A stretch of DNA of 64,000 nt, from NCBI GenBank assembly GCA_965207885.1, contig OZ242311.1, forward strand, positions 3,456,001 to 3,520,000. Reading direction: 5' to 3'. The translations under genes and the position numbers were made by a program. This stretch comes from Candidatus Latescibacterota bacterium (GTDB lineage: Bacteria; Latescibacterota; UBA2968). Shown piece by piece: positions 40,478 to 50,405 of the stretch. The notes beneath the pieces are model-generated. The model made no database searches, had not been told where the DNA came from, and saw only the letters and a list, made by a program, of their open reading frames with translations. Positions within the stretch are counted from its first letter, which is position 1. The number at the start of each line of letters is the position of its first letter.

Positions 40478-41269
40478 ATGTCTGAGAAAACAGCGCGTGA
40501 GCATTTGCCCATGTCGGATTACGAAAAATTCCTCTTCGACTTAAAAGGCTTTCTCGTCATCCCCAGTGTGCTCACCGACGAAGAAATCGCGATCGCACGC
40601 GACCATATCGAAACGTATATGAAAACGCCCGAAAGCCTTCCCGAACACCATCGCTCGCCCATTTCTGGTCCCACTGAATTTTTAATCGATCACCCGCGCG
40701 TCATGGGCATTCTGCAAGAAGTCATTGACCAGGATCGGGAGCGCATCCGACTGGAAAGCGTATTCATATCTGGCCGGTCCGCTGAGAAAATCGGCAACGA
40801 GTGGCGGCCACATGTGGGAGGAACAAATCTCCACCCTTCGTTTTCCTTTCGCTTCCACAACGGTCGCATCTACAGCGCAATGACGCGCATTGTCTGGGAG
40901 TTAAACGAGGTGAAAAAAGGCCAGGGCGGCACCTGCCTCGTGCCCGGCTCGCACAAAGCCAACCTCGCTTCCGCCCAGGACGGCACCTGGCCCGAAGAAG
41001 CCGATGATCCGAACTCGGGAGTTTGGGAAACCTATGGCTGCCCGCCGGGAAGCCTTGTCGTATTTTCAGAAGGCGTGCGGCACACGGGATCTACATGGAC
41101 CAATCCGGACAATCCGCGACGCGCCATCCTCATCGCGTACAATCACGTAACCGTGCGATTCCACGAACCCAAGCCCTGCATGAACCCGGTCGTGATCAAT
41201 CGCCTGGAAGAAAGCCGTCAGTCTTTCTTCCGCGATGTCTGGGTTTTAGCCAACAAGCGAAGGGGATAA
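40478..41269 (+). CDS. PhyH-family Fe(II)/2OG oxygenase (HxG variant)
   Basis: FDLKGF, RPHVGG, PGSHK, FSEGVRH, RR. Confidence 0.88.
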   Translation: MSEKTAREHLPMSDYEKFLFDLKGFLVIPSVLTDEEIAIARDHIETYMKTPESLPEHHRSPISGPTEFLIDHPRVMGILQEVIDQDRERIRLESVFISGRSAEKIGNEWRPHVGGTNLHPSFSFRFHNGRIYSAMTRIVWELNEVKKGQGGTCLVPGSHKANLASAQDGTWPEEADDPNSGVWETYGCPPGSLVVFSEGVRHTGSTWTNPDNPRRAILIAYNHVTVRFHEPKPCMNPVVINRLEESRQSFFRDVWVLANKRRG

Positions 41270-41284
41270 CAGGAGATACACCCA

Positions 41285-42727
41285 ATGCCGACAACCGAAA
41301 CTTCTCCCAATATACTCTTTATCCTGACCGATCAATGGCGGGGGGATTGCCTGGGCTATACCGGTCATCCCGCAGTTGAAACCCCTCACCTGGATCGTCT
41401 GGCAGACGAAGGTGTCACATTTACCCAGGCCTATGCCTCGTGTCCGGTATGCGTTGCTGCCCGCGCCACAATCCTTACGGGCCTCGCCCCCAAGCGCCAC
41501 GGATATCTCACCAACGGCGGCGTGCAGTGGGACTATCCAGTAACACTTCCCGGAACCCTATCAGATGCGGGTTATCACACCCAGTGCGTCGGCAAAATGC
41601 ACGTCTATCCCTGGCGCAATCTCGTGGGTTTTCACAACGTCGTACTGCACGATGGCTATATGCATCGCGCCCGGCGGGAAAACCGCGAATTTGGATTGAA
41701 TGACGATTACACCCCCTGGCTTCGGGAAAAACTCGGCGCGGTCTATGCCGACCACAACGACTCTGGCGTGGGATGCAATGGATACGCAGCGCAAGCCTGG
41801 CCCTACCACGAAATGCTTCACCCCACGAGTTGGGTGACCTCGCAGGGCATTGACTTCTTGCGCAGACGCGACACATCCAAACCCTTCTTCCTCACGCTAT
41901 CCTACCATCGGCCCCATCCGCCGCTGGATCCGCCCGCGTCTTTTTTAAATCGCTATTTGCAAAAGGACATTCCCCCACCCGCCATGGGAAACTGGGTTGA
42001 CCACGAACTCCGCAAAGGAGGCCACGACAGTCCGATCCCACGAGACCCGGCGCTGGTGGCCTTTGCTCGAAGAGCGTATTACGCACAGATTTCACACATC
42101 GATTTCCAGATCAATCGCATGATCATGGCGCTCAACGAATACGGTGTTCAGGATAACACGGCCATACTCTTCACCGCGGATCACGGTGAAATGCTATACG
42201 ATCACAACCATGTGGGAAAAGGCGTGCCCTATGACGGATCCGCTCGCGTGCCCTTCATCCTGCGAATGCCCAGAACATCTGGCGCTGCTGAACATGGATC
42301 CCTCGTAGAATCGCCGGTAGAACTGCGGGACATCTTCCCAACCTTCTGCGACATCGCAGGAATCGACACCCCGGACGATCTCGACGGAGAGAGTGTGTTG
42401 AATTGTGGCGGGAATAATTGGCGTCCGTTTATTCACGGAGAACACGCGACATCTGCCAATCAGTGGCTTACGGACGGCAAGGAGAAGTACGCCTGGTTTA
42501 CCCAGACGGGAAGAGAATTGCTCTTTGATCTAACCGAAGACCCCCGCGAAATCAACGACCTGTCCCGCGATCGTCCCGACCGATTGGCCTGGTGGCGCGA
42601 TCAACTGATTGAGGAACTCACAGGGCGACCAGAGGGATTTGTCCAGAACGGAAAACTGGTGCCCGGGCAACCAATTCAGGGCTTGCTCCCCCACGTCGGC
42701 AAAGGCGTACCCAAAGGCGCGATTTGA
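41285..42727 (+). CDS. arylsulfatase
   Basis: PNILFILTDQWRGD, CVAARA (CxAxR), GKMH, RPHPP, ADHG. Confidence 0.93.
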   Translation: MPTTETSPNILFILTDQWRGDCLGYTGHPAVETPHLDRLADEGVTFTQAYASCPVCVAARATILTGLAPKRHGYLTNGGVQWDYPVTLPGTLSDAGYHTQCVGKMHVYPWRNLVGFHNVVLHDGYMHRARRENREFGLNDDYTPWLREKLGAVYADHNDSGVGCNGYAAQAWPYHEMLHPTSWVTSQGIDFLRRRDTSKPFFLTLSYHRPHPPLDPPASFLNRYLQKDIPPPAMGNWVDHELRKGGHDSPIPRDPALVAFARRAYYAQISHIDFQINRMIMALNEYGVQDNTAILFTADHGEMLYDHNHVGKGVPYDGSARVPFILRMPRTSGAAEHGSLVESPVELRDIFPTFCDIAGIDTPDDLDGESVLNCGGNNWRPFIHGEHATSANQWLTDGKEKYAWFTQTGRELLFDLTEDPREINDLSRDRPDRLAWWRDQLIEELTGRPEGFVQNGKLVPGQPIQGLLPHVGKGVPKGAI

Positions 42728-42742
42728 GGAGAGGAATATCCC

Positions 42743-43564
42743 ATGTCACTACACGAACCCTTTACAGAAGAAGAATTATCGCCGATTCTCGAAGACTTTT
42801 ACAAAAACGGCGCGACCATCATCCGAAACGTCTTATCTCGGGAAGAATGCGAGCAAATATGCAGACGCGTCGATCAGATCTTCGCAGAACCCTATTTCGC
42901 CGAAATGCGAAACGTAAAAATAAAGCCGCAGCACGATGGCAAAGAACCCATCGTTGTGCATCGGCTATTTGAATGCGACCGGATGTTCCGCGACCTGCTC
43001 GTGCGCGAGCCTATCATATCTATCGCCGAAACAGTCCTCGGTGCCCAGTGCCATTGCATGGCACAGGGATGCATCTTGAACCGCACAGATCTGGGCATTA
43101 ACCGCTTTCACGTAGATGACAGCCTGGAATTTCCCATTACGGATGACAATATCAGCAGTCATGACAGGCGTCTTCGAATGCCCGTTTTCCGCATGTCTTT
43201 CCAGATCGCCCTGACAGACCAGGACGAAGACCAGTATGGCCCCAGCCAATTCGTACCCGGCAGCCACTACGCGGGCAGACAACCCAACGATCCGGAAAAT
43301 CCAACCTTTGACGGACAAGGACCAAAATCCCTGCACATGAAAGCGGGTGACCTCTACCTCCTCAGCAGCCAAACCTGGCACCGCGGCGCACCCAATACAT
43401 CCGACCGCATCCGCTACCTCTTTCACCAGGTCTATGGTCAGCGTTTCGTCGCCCAGCGATTCTGGCCCTATCTCAACTACCACATGCCCGATTACGTCCT
43501 CGAAGGCGCAGACGAACGCCTCCTCCGCGTTCTCGGAAAACACCCCGAAATGGCTTATGGATAG
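42743..43564 (+). CDS. PhyH-family Fe(II)/2OG dioxygenase (canonical HxD)
   Basis: RFHVD, PGSH, WHRGAPN..R. Confidence 0.9.
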   Translation: MSLHEPFTEEELSPILEDFYKNGATIIRNVLSREECEQICRRVDQIFAEPYFAEMRNVKIKPQHDGKEPIVVHRLFECDRMFRDLLVREPIISIAETVLGAQCHCMAQGCILNRTDLGINRFHVDDSLEFPITDDNISSHDRRLRMPVFRMSFQIALTDQDEDQYGPSQFVPGSHYAGRQPNDPENPTFDGQGPKSLHMKAGDLYLLSSQTWHRGAPNTSDRIRYLFHQVYGQRFVAQRFWPYLNYHMPDYVLEGADERLLRVLGKHPEMAYG

Positions 43565-43609
43565 TTCTCCATACCACTCCCACCATTACAATAGCTTCAT
43601 CTCTGTTCA

Positions 43610-45361
43610 TTAGTCCCCCCGCCTGTTGTACGGGGGCTCGTATTCCAACAGTGCCGACTTCCCGATCATCTCAACAAACCGCACGATCCACTCAGAACCG
43701 TTGACATCCGTGAGCAGCAAGGGCTGATTCAATTTGAAGTGAACGGGTTGCTGCTTGCCTCCTTCAATGGCAATATTCGTCGCGTAAAGGTACATGCGAT
43801 CACGGTTGTCAAGGATCGGATTTAGTCGCCCGGTCAAATTGGGCAAATGACCTGTTCTTTCCGTGAAAATCTCTGATCCTCCCATCGGCAGCGTATCGAG
43901 CTGCACAGATAGCGGTTCTGGTGGCTGCCAATCCCTCACGACATGTGCTCTGTACCCCGGCATCGCACAGAAAACCGTGATGGGGAGTTCCGAGTGAAAC
44001 CCGAAATCGACCCGACCAAACGTATCGGTCTTCCCCTCCATCCATGTCTTGTTGGGATACAGCGCAACGACCTTTGCACCCGCGAGTAGCCGACCCGCGG
44101 CAGATACGGACACTTCACCTTCAATGCCCGTTACCGGCGGACGGGCGGACGGTATCGTCAGCCGCAGTTCTGCGCCATCGAGCAGTTCGTAGTCCGGATC
44201 GCGCCCTGTCAGATCTCGCGTCTGCTCATAGATAATCGGGACACCTTCGCCGCGTTGCTCCAGAAAGTACTGCCGATCGCCAGCACCGACGATATCCCCT
44301 ACTGTAAGCATACGGAAGACGGACGCGAGCGTTTCGTTGCGGGTGGCTTGTCGATTGCGCATAGCTTCGATACGCAGCGTGTTGGGCAGGGCACCCGGCG
44401 AATATAACTCAAGTCGATCATCGAAGATAAAGAGCCGTATCTTTGCATTCTCTATTGAGTAGTCGCGGTGGACCACGGCGTTGACGATGGCCTCGAACAC
44501 CGCCTGCGGACTGAATTGCGGGACCTCCACCCGCCCAGGGTCTTTGCGCGCCGCCACCCGCGTGTTGAGCCTGGCGAAATTGACGGCGTCGCGGACCTGC
44601 TGGTCTAATGGACCAGTGATTGACACCGCATCGTGCTGGCTCGCGCGACCAAGCACTGTGCCGCGATAGCGAACAGCTTCGATCATCGCACCGCGTATAT
44701 GCTCATCCGGGCGCGCTGTGCAAAGCAGCACCCCGGCAACCGTTGCGCGAATCACACCGCTGTCATCCTCCCTCACCAGCCCCAGCTTTGTGAGTTGAGC
44801 GTCGGTGGACTCAGTGGCGCGCGAGCTCAAGAAACGGTCCACAAGTGTCGATTCGAGTGTGTTGGGACCGGTTCCAGTGACAATCGCTTCGTCAGGACCA
44901 AGGAGGCCAGAACGCCCCCGCTGTTGAAACAGGCGGTGCAATGCTTCCGGCGACAATTCCCGCCTGGCACTGCCCTGACGGGAAAGATATCCCCCGGGAC
45001 TCTTGTGTACCAGCGCACTCTGTTCGACTTCGACCACCAACACGGACGAACCGTCCGGCAAAGCCAGCCGTTGGGTGACAAACGCCAGCGAGGGACGGAT
45101 GCTATCCGCACAAATCTCGCCGACGAAGGCTTCCAACGCATCCATCTGTTTCCGGTCCAGCGATCGCACCTCACCGGCATCTGACACACTGAAAATCAAT
45201 GTGCCACCGATGGTGTTGCCAAAAGCAGCCAACTCGTTGGCGATGGTTTCCCTACGCGGTGCCCACACGCGACCACCAGCAAACACAACTTCTTTGAACT
45301 CAACGCGGCTATCCTCGCCAAGTTCGATTTGCCGCAACAAGCTATCGCTATCCCAGGGCAT
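43610..45361 (-). CDS. Schlafen/AlbA_2 plus HATPase_c_4 protein with extra C-terminal domain
   Basis: GEDSRVEFKE, AFGNTIGG, EAIVNAVVHRDY, SPGALP, EQRGEG; start 45361 chosen from SD spacing. Confidence 0.85.
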   Translation of the reverse strand: MPWDSDSLLRQIELGEDSRVEFKEVVFAGGRVWAPRRETIANELAAFGNTIGGTLIFSVSDAGEVRSLDRKQMDALEAFVGEICADSIRPSLAFVTQRLALPDGSSVLVVEVEQSALVHKSPGGYLSRQGSARRELSPEALHRLFQQRGRSGLLGPDEAIVTGTGPNTLESTLVDRFLSSRATESTDAQLTKLGLVREDDSGVIRATVAGVLLCTARPDEHIRGAMIEAVRYRGTVLGRASQHDAVSITGPLDQQVRDAVNFARLNTRVAARKDPGRVEVPQFSPQAVFEAIVNAVVHRDYSIENAKIRLFIFDDRLELYSPGALPNTLRIEAMRNRQATRNETLASVFRMLTVGDIVGAGDRQYFLEQRGEGVPIIYEQTRDLTGRDPDYELLDGAELRLTIPSARPPVTGIEGEVSVSAAGRLLAGAKVVALYPNKTWMEGKTDTFGRVDFGFHSELPITVFCAMPGYRAHVVRDWQPPEPLSVQLDTLPMGGSEIFTERTGHLPNLTGRLNPILDNRDRMYLYATNIAIEGGKQQPVHFKLNQPLLLTDVNGSEWIVRFVEMIGKSALLEYEPPYNRRGD

Positions 45362-45460
45362 TACCATTCCCCTTTTGCAAACTTTGGCCACGCCAGGCCA
45401 TCAGTGCATTGCCGCTTCTTCTTTGGCCTCAAACTCCGACTGCACCTCACAAGCATTTTC

Positions 45461-46291
45461 TCACCCACCCGGCACAAATTGCCGCAGATAATTCACGGCT
45501 TTGGGAACTGCTGTCTCTTCTGCCTCTTCGTCCTGCCCCTCATACACGATCGACACCCAGCCGTTGTAATTCACCCCATTCAAAATCTCAAAAATGCGCG
45601 GATAATTCAGCCAGACCTCTTCTCCCGTACTGATGCGATAGACCTTTGCGCGGACATGCACGGCAAGAGGGGCTGTCTCCGCAATACTCCCATAAAAATT
45701 CAATGCAGGATCTTCAGTCCCGCGCTGACCACTCGACCCCGGCGACCCGACGTATTGCCCCGTATCGAGAATATGGGACAAATGGGGATTATCGACCGTC
45801 TCGAGAATCCGGCGCACATCTTTACCCGTGCGCGTAACACACCCGTGATTGTGATTGTGCAAACCCAGGACAATGCCTTTTTGTTGTCCGTACTCCGCGA
45901 CCTCCTGCATACAGGGCATCATGCGGTCCCAAACCTGTTCTTCAGGCTCGTCATTACGATTCCACGCCGCAAAAATCCGCACGAGTGGCACCCCCATAAA
46001 CTCTGCAACATCGACCCAGTGCTTGACACTATCTATCACCTCCTGCAACTCTTCCTGGGGCCTGCCAAAATCATTACTCACACCCAGATACGAAATCACC
46101 AGACCGCGCCTGAGACAGCGCATGCGAATATCCCGCAAATACGCAGGGTCTTCAGATTCAAACGCACGGGTGTGAATATCAATTCCATCCAGACGCAGAT
46201 CATAAGCCTTGTCGATAAACCCCGCCATATCGATTTCGCCAGCAGTGAACTGATCTTTGTAACTCAGAGACATACAACCCAATTTCATCAT
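45461..46291 (-). CDS. sugar phosphate isomerase/epimerase (xylose isomerase-like TIM barrel)
   Basis: LHNHNH, LDTGQ, HVRAK, YNGWVSIVYE. Confidence 0.85.
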   Translation of the reverse strand: MMKLGCMSLSYKDQFTAGEIDMAGFIDKAYDLRLDGIDIHTRAFESEDPAYLRDIRMRCLRRGLVISYLGVSNDFGRPQEELQEVIDSVKHWVDVAEFMGVPLVRIFAAWNRNDEPEEQVWDRMMPCMQEVAEYGQQKGIVLGLHNHNHGCVTRTGKDVRRILETVDNPHLSHILDTGQYVGSPGSSGQRGTEDPALNFYGSIAETAPLAVHVRAKVYRISTGEEVWLNYPRIFEILNGVNYNGWVSIVYEGQDEEAEETAVPKAVNYLRQFVPGG

Positions 46292-46309
46292 GGTTAATAT
46301 CCTTTCGGT

Positions 46310-47449
46310 TTAAGTTTCACTCCTCACTTCATTCAGCGCATCGAGCAATCGCGCCACATCATCGCTACCATTGTACAAATGCGTGGAAACGCGCACCCGT
46401 CCAAACTCGCCCCAGCAAAAAACATTGCGCTCTTCAAGGCGATTGACCAATTCGCGACCATCATCACACGCAAAGCAGGTATTGCCCGACCGCGCTTCCC
46501 GGTTATCGGGCGAAATGACCTCATAGCCCAACTTCGCAAGTCCCTGGGACACCAGTACGGACAAATCGCGTGCGTGATTTTCAATCTTCTCGGGACCAAT
46601 ATCTAAAATCACGCCCAGCGCGTGATCCAGGTGCATAACCACCTGCATAGCTGGATTCCCGGGCTCGAGCTTCTCTGGCATCGGTTGTTCGGCGACCTCG
46701 GGATCCCGCTCGGCGGTTTGTTCGGGCCACACTTTGAGATTGTGCCAGCCAAAACACGTCGAAGCCACCTGCTCTTCTGCGCGTTCGCTCAAATAGCAAG
46801 GCGCCGTACCATGCGTTGCCAAAAGCCACTTATAACTGCTACTCACCGTGAGATCGGTCAAATGCGCTGGCACGCGCAAAACACCCGAAGAATGCGTGGC
46901 ATCAACGGCGAATAACGCGCCTTTTTTCCCTGCACCCTCAGAGAGTTGCGCCAAATTTAAACACTGTCCCGTATAAAACCCCACATGGCTAACAGCGAGA
47001 ACGCGCGTGCGGGAATCAACAGCGTCGAGGAGACCCTCTTCGCGCACCCGCCACTGTTTATGCGGCACCAGACGAACCTCAACACCCCTGGATCGCAGAT
47101 GCTTCCACGCATACGCCACAGAGGGAAACTCGAGATTATTGGTCACGACATTATCGCCTGGTTGCCAGTCCAACCCCCGCGAAAACCAGCCCATGCCCTC
47201 GGCAGCAGAAGGCATAAACGCAATGCGATTGGCCGGCACATTCCAGAGCTGCCCCATGCGCTTGCGACAGCGTTCTCCCCTGTCGTAAATTTTATCGCGG
47301 CCCTTGTGCGATCCACCCTTAAATCTGGCAAAATCGGCATATACTTCAGCCTGACTTTTGAGCCATGGGGACTCACCCCCCGTACACAGGTGGGCCAGGC
47401 CTTCAATACCTTCAAAAGCATCGGGTGAAAGAAGAGGTGCAATTGTCAA
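46310..47449 (-). CDS. class V PLP aminotransferase / cysteine desulfurase-like
   Basis: EFPSV, VDATHS.G, SSYKWL, RVSTHLYN. Confidence 0.88.
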   Translation of the reverse strand: MTIAPLLSPDAFEGIEGLAHLCTGGESPWLKSQAEVYADFARFKGGSHKGRDKIYDRGERCRKRMGQLWNVPANRIAFMPSAAEGMGWFSRGLDWQPGDNVVTNNLEFPSVAYAWKHLRSRGVEVRLVPHKQWRVREEGLLDAVDSRTRVLAVSHVGFYTGQCLNLAQLSEGAGKKGALFAVDATHSSGVLRVPAHLTDLTVSSSYKWLLATHGTAPCYLSERAEEQVASTCFGWHNLKVWPEQTAERDPEVAEQPMPEKLEPGNPAMQVVMHLDHALGVILDIGPEKIENHARDLSVLVSQGLAKLGYEVISPDNREARSGNTCFACDDGRELVNRLEERNVFCWGEFGRVRVSTHLYNGSDDVARLLDALNEVRSET

Positions 47450-47538
47450 AAGAACTCCTTTCTCTATTTGGAATATTGATCAACAAACAGACCATTCCCC
47501 AATATAGTCTTTATATCTCATTCATCCACAAATAAAAT

Positions 47539-47562
47539 AAGGGTCGTGAAGTCACGACCCTT
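47539..47562 (-). terminator. intrinsic terminator downstream of tRNA-Glu
   Basis: AAGGGTCGTGA / TCACGACCCTT hairpin, T-rich tail on the minus strand. Confidence 0.7.
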
Positions 47563-47583
47563 TGAATAATACACGCACATTAA

Positions 47584-47658
47584 TGGCGACCCCGAGGGGA
47601 ATCGAACCCCCGTTGCCGGGATGAAAACCCGGTGTCCTAACCACTGAACGACGGGGTC
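47584..47658 (-). tRNA. tRNA-Glu (TTC)
   Basis: Acceptor GACCCCG/CGGGGTC-G-CCA; anticodon arm CCGGG-TT-TTC-AT-CCCGG; T-loop GGTTCGATT. Confidence 0.97.
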
Positions 47659-47735
47659 GCCTCATAGATAGGGAAATATATATAAAACCCAAAAACGAAG
47701 CAAGGCAGAATCTAAAAAAATAAATTCCTCACACC

Positions 47736-47764
47736 TTGACAAAATCACACTCTGGATATACACT
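47736..47764 (+). promoter_or_regulatory. putative sigma70 promoter
   Basis: TTGACA-17 nt-TACACT. Confidence 0.6.
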
Positions 47765-47801
47765 ATATTTTTCGCAAAAACAACAATAGAAAGGACGCAC
47801 T

Positions 47802-48764
47802 GTGGCAAAATTCAACATCCTGCTCTTTGAACCCGTACATCCCTGTGGACAGGATCACCTTCTCAAAAACGACTGCGAAATCCTCTGGGCACAAGGATTT
47901 GAACCCGATCAAATCATTGCCTCGATCAAAGACGCAGACGGCATTCTCGCACGCGCTCGGGGCATCATCGACGGACCCGTAATGGACCGGGCACCGCGCC
48001 TCAAAGTCATAGGTCGCCACGGCATTGGCGTCGATAACATCGACGTTGACGCCGCCACCGAGCGTGGTATCTACGTCGTCAACACCCCCGGCGCCCCCGG
48101 CGAAGCCGTCGCCGAATATCTCGCCATGTCCTTCATCGCCCTGCCGCGCAAAATTGGTCAAGCCGATACCGCGACTCGCTCTGGCGACTGGGCACTTCGA
48201 GACCGCGTACACGCCCCTGAATTACTCGGCAAAACCCTGGGAATTATCGGCTTTGGTCGCATTGGCCGTCGCCTTGCGGAAATTTGCTCCCTCGGCTTTG
48301 GAATGAACGTCATCTACACCGACGAATTTCCCGCATCTACAGAAGAAGAAAACCGCCTGAATGTGCGCCGCGTGGAATTGGACGAACTCCTCTCTGCCTC
48401 GGACTATATCAGCCTCAACGTCCCCCTCCTCGACAGCACGCATCACCTCATCAATACCGACACACTCGCCCGCATGCAACCCCACGCCATTATCGCCAAT
48501 TGCAGCCGCGGTCCAGTTATCGACGAACAAGCACTCGTAACCGCATTGAAAAACAAACAAATTGGCGGCGCAATCATCGACGTCTTTGAACAAGAACCCG
48601 CAACGCCAGACAATCCCCTGTGCGAACTCGACAATGTGCTCCTGTCGCCCCATTATTCCGGCCACTCGGCTGAATCAATACAAAAAATGGCAATGGTCGC
48701 AGCGGATATCGTGCGCGTTCTCAACGGACAAAAACCCGATTTTCCCGTCAACGGACCGTTCTAA
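47802..48764 (+). CDS. D-isomer-specific 2-hydroxyacid dehydrogenase (SerA-like, no ACT domain)
   Basis: GIGVDNID, GFGRIG, NCSRG, DVFEQEP, SPH. Confidence 0.92.
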   Translation: MAKFNILLFEPVHPCGQDHLLKNDCEILWAQGFEPDQIIASIKDADGILARARGIIDGPVMDRAPRLKVIGRHGIGVDNIDVDAATERGIYVVNTPGAPGEAVAEYLAMSFIALPRKIGQADTATRSGDWALRDRVHAPELLGKTLGIIGFGRIGRRLAEICSLGFGMNVIYTDEFPASTEEENRLNVRRVELDELLSASDYISLNVPLLDSTHHLINTDTLARMQPHAIIANCSRGPVIDEQALVTALKNKQIGGAIIDVFEQEPATPDNPLCELDNVLLSPHYSGHSAESIQKMAMVAADIVRVLNGQKPDFPVNGPF

Positions 48765-48775
48765 AGGATCTAACC

Positions 48776-49591
48776 ATGCGATATATCATGCTCGGCAGCG
48801 GTGCGGTGCGGGACAACCCGAATCGCGGCGGCCCATCGCAATTATTGCAAATTGGCAATGAAAACTGGATGTTTGACTGCGGTCGATCAGCGTGTACAAA
48901 CCTGGCGCGCGCAGGTGTGAATTGCGAAGATATAGATCGACTATTTTTGACCCACCTGCACTTCGATCACATCGTCGATGTTCCCTATCTCGTATTTGTG
49001 GGATGGGTGAAAGTACGCAAAAAGCCCCTTCAAATTTATGGTCCTGTCGGGACAAAACACTTTATATCGCATGTCATTCGCCCGCCCTTTGAGCAGGATA
49101 TTCAAAGTCGAATTGGGCATGGAAAAGACGACAGTGTACTCGATCCCGAAGTTACTGAGATCGGGGCAAAAGGCGAATTTTTATCCACGGACGACTTTCA
49201 ATTATCCGCAACATTCACAGACCACGGCGGCATCCCCACGCTCGTCTATCGCGTCGATACCAGAAATCACCGCGTCGTAATTACGGGCGATGGGAATCCC
49301 GATGCGGAATTCCCGGCATTCTGTCAAAATGCCGATTTATTATCCATAGAATGTTCGGGCACCGCTGAATTCCTGGCGACCCAACCCTGGGGATCGTGGC
49401 ATATTACACCGCCAGAAATCGCAGAAATCGCAACCGCAGCCAATGTAAAACGCGTGATAATCAAGCATCTGGTAATCGAAGATATCACGGGTGATCTACA
49501 AGCTGTGCATCGCATGGGCGACCAGATTCGGAAAGAATACGGCGGCGAAGTCATGGTCGGCGAAGATGGGTTGATAGTCGAAATCGGATAA
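48776..49591 (+). CDS. MBL-fold metallohydrolase (RNase Z/AtsA-like)
   Basis: LGSG, FDCG, THLHFDH, IYGP.GT, TGD. Confidence 0.88.
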   Translation: MRYIMLGSGAVRDNPNRGGPSQLLQIGNENWMFDCGRSACTNLARAGVNCEDIDRLFLTHLHFDHIVDVPYLVFVGWVKVRKKPLQIYGPVGTKHFISHVIRPPFEQDIQSRIGHGKDDSVLDPEVTEIGAKGEFLSTDDFQLSATFTDHGGIPTLVYRVDTRNHRVVITGDGNPDAEFPAFCQNADLLSIECSGTAEFLATQPWGSWHITPPEIAEIATAANVKRVIIKHLVIEDITGDLQAVHRMGDQIRKEYGGEVMVGEDGLIVEIG

Positions 49592-49613
49592 ATTTATGGA
49601 AGAGAGGACTCAA

Positions 49614-50297
49614 ATGATTCTTACAGGACACCGGGGAGCAGCAGCACTCGAACCTGAAAATACGCTGCTATCCATGCAAAAAGCGATAGATCTCGGCGTC
49701 GATCAGATCGAGCTTGACGTACACCTCACACGCGATCAGCACCTCGTCGTCATTCACGATACCACCGTAGATCGAACGACCGATGGACAGGGCGCGGTCG
49801 CCGACTTGACGTTATCGGAAGTTAAGCAGTTAGACGCTGGCAAAGGAGAACGCATTCCGACACTACAGGAAGTCATAGACCTGGTGCGCGAGAAAGTGGT
49901 CCTTCAGATTGAACTGAAAGGACCCAACACCGCCGAGCCAGTCGTCCGGACGGTTGAGCAAAATAATATAGAAAGCGAGGTACTTCTGACCTCATTTGTC
50001 CATGAGCGGCTACGCGAAGCGCGCCAGCTTAATCCAAGCCTGGCACTGGGTGCGTTGTGGTCGAATCCACCATCTGATGCGTGTGAACAGGCTATCGATA
50101 TGGGAGCGGTAGGGATACACATCCTGCATCCAAATATCGACGCCCAGCTCGTACAGAAAGCCCATGCACACGGCCTCCTGATCCGCGCCTGGAACCCCGA
50201 CACGGTTGAGGAGATACAGCGTGTTATCGATCTGGGAGTTGACGCCATCGGCTCGAACCGTCCAGATCTGTTAATCGCACTTGGACGCCCATCGTGA
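49614..50297 (+). CDS. glycerophosphodiester phosphodiesterase
   Basis: GHRGA, PENTL, IELDV, VIHD, IELK. Confidence 0.93.
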   Translation: MILTGHRGAAALEPENTLLSMQKAIDLGVDQIELDVHLTRDQHLVVIHDTTVDRTTDGQGAVADLTLSEVKQLDAGKGERIPTLQEVIDLVREKVVLQIELKGPNTAEPVVRTVEQNNIESEVLLTSFVHERLREARQLNPSLALGALWSNPPSDACEQAIDMGAVGIHILHPNIDAQLVQKAHAHGLLIRAWNPDTVEEIQRVIDLGVDAIGSNRPDLLIALGRPS

Positions 50298-50405
50298 AAC
50301 TTTATGTAATGCCAAATCGTCCACAATTTCAAACAGAACACAATATTTGGCTCTAATTCCCGTATTTTGTTTATATTTTCCCGAGAATTTTCTAAAGGAA
50401 TAGAA

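Noticed and set aside
28735-43564. RiPP or natural-product biosynthetic cluster
   Set aside because: No precursor peptide, C39 peptidase domain or scaffold-forming enzyme visible.
45329-46297. 322-aa plus-strand ORF
   Set aside because: Antisense to the epimerase; no recognisable domain.
43610-47658. Genomic island integrated at tRNA-Glu (or at tRNA-Gln)
   Set aside because: No integrase and no convincing duplicated tRNA 3' end; short TGGCGACCCC matches lie inside proS and the GWxTD gene and look like chance.
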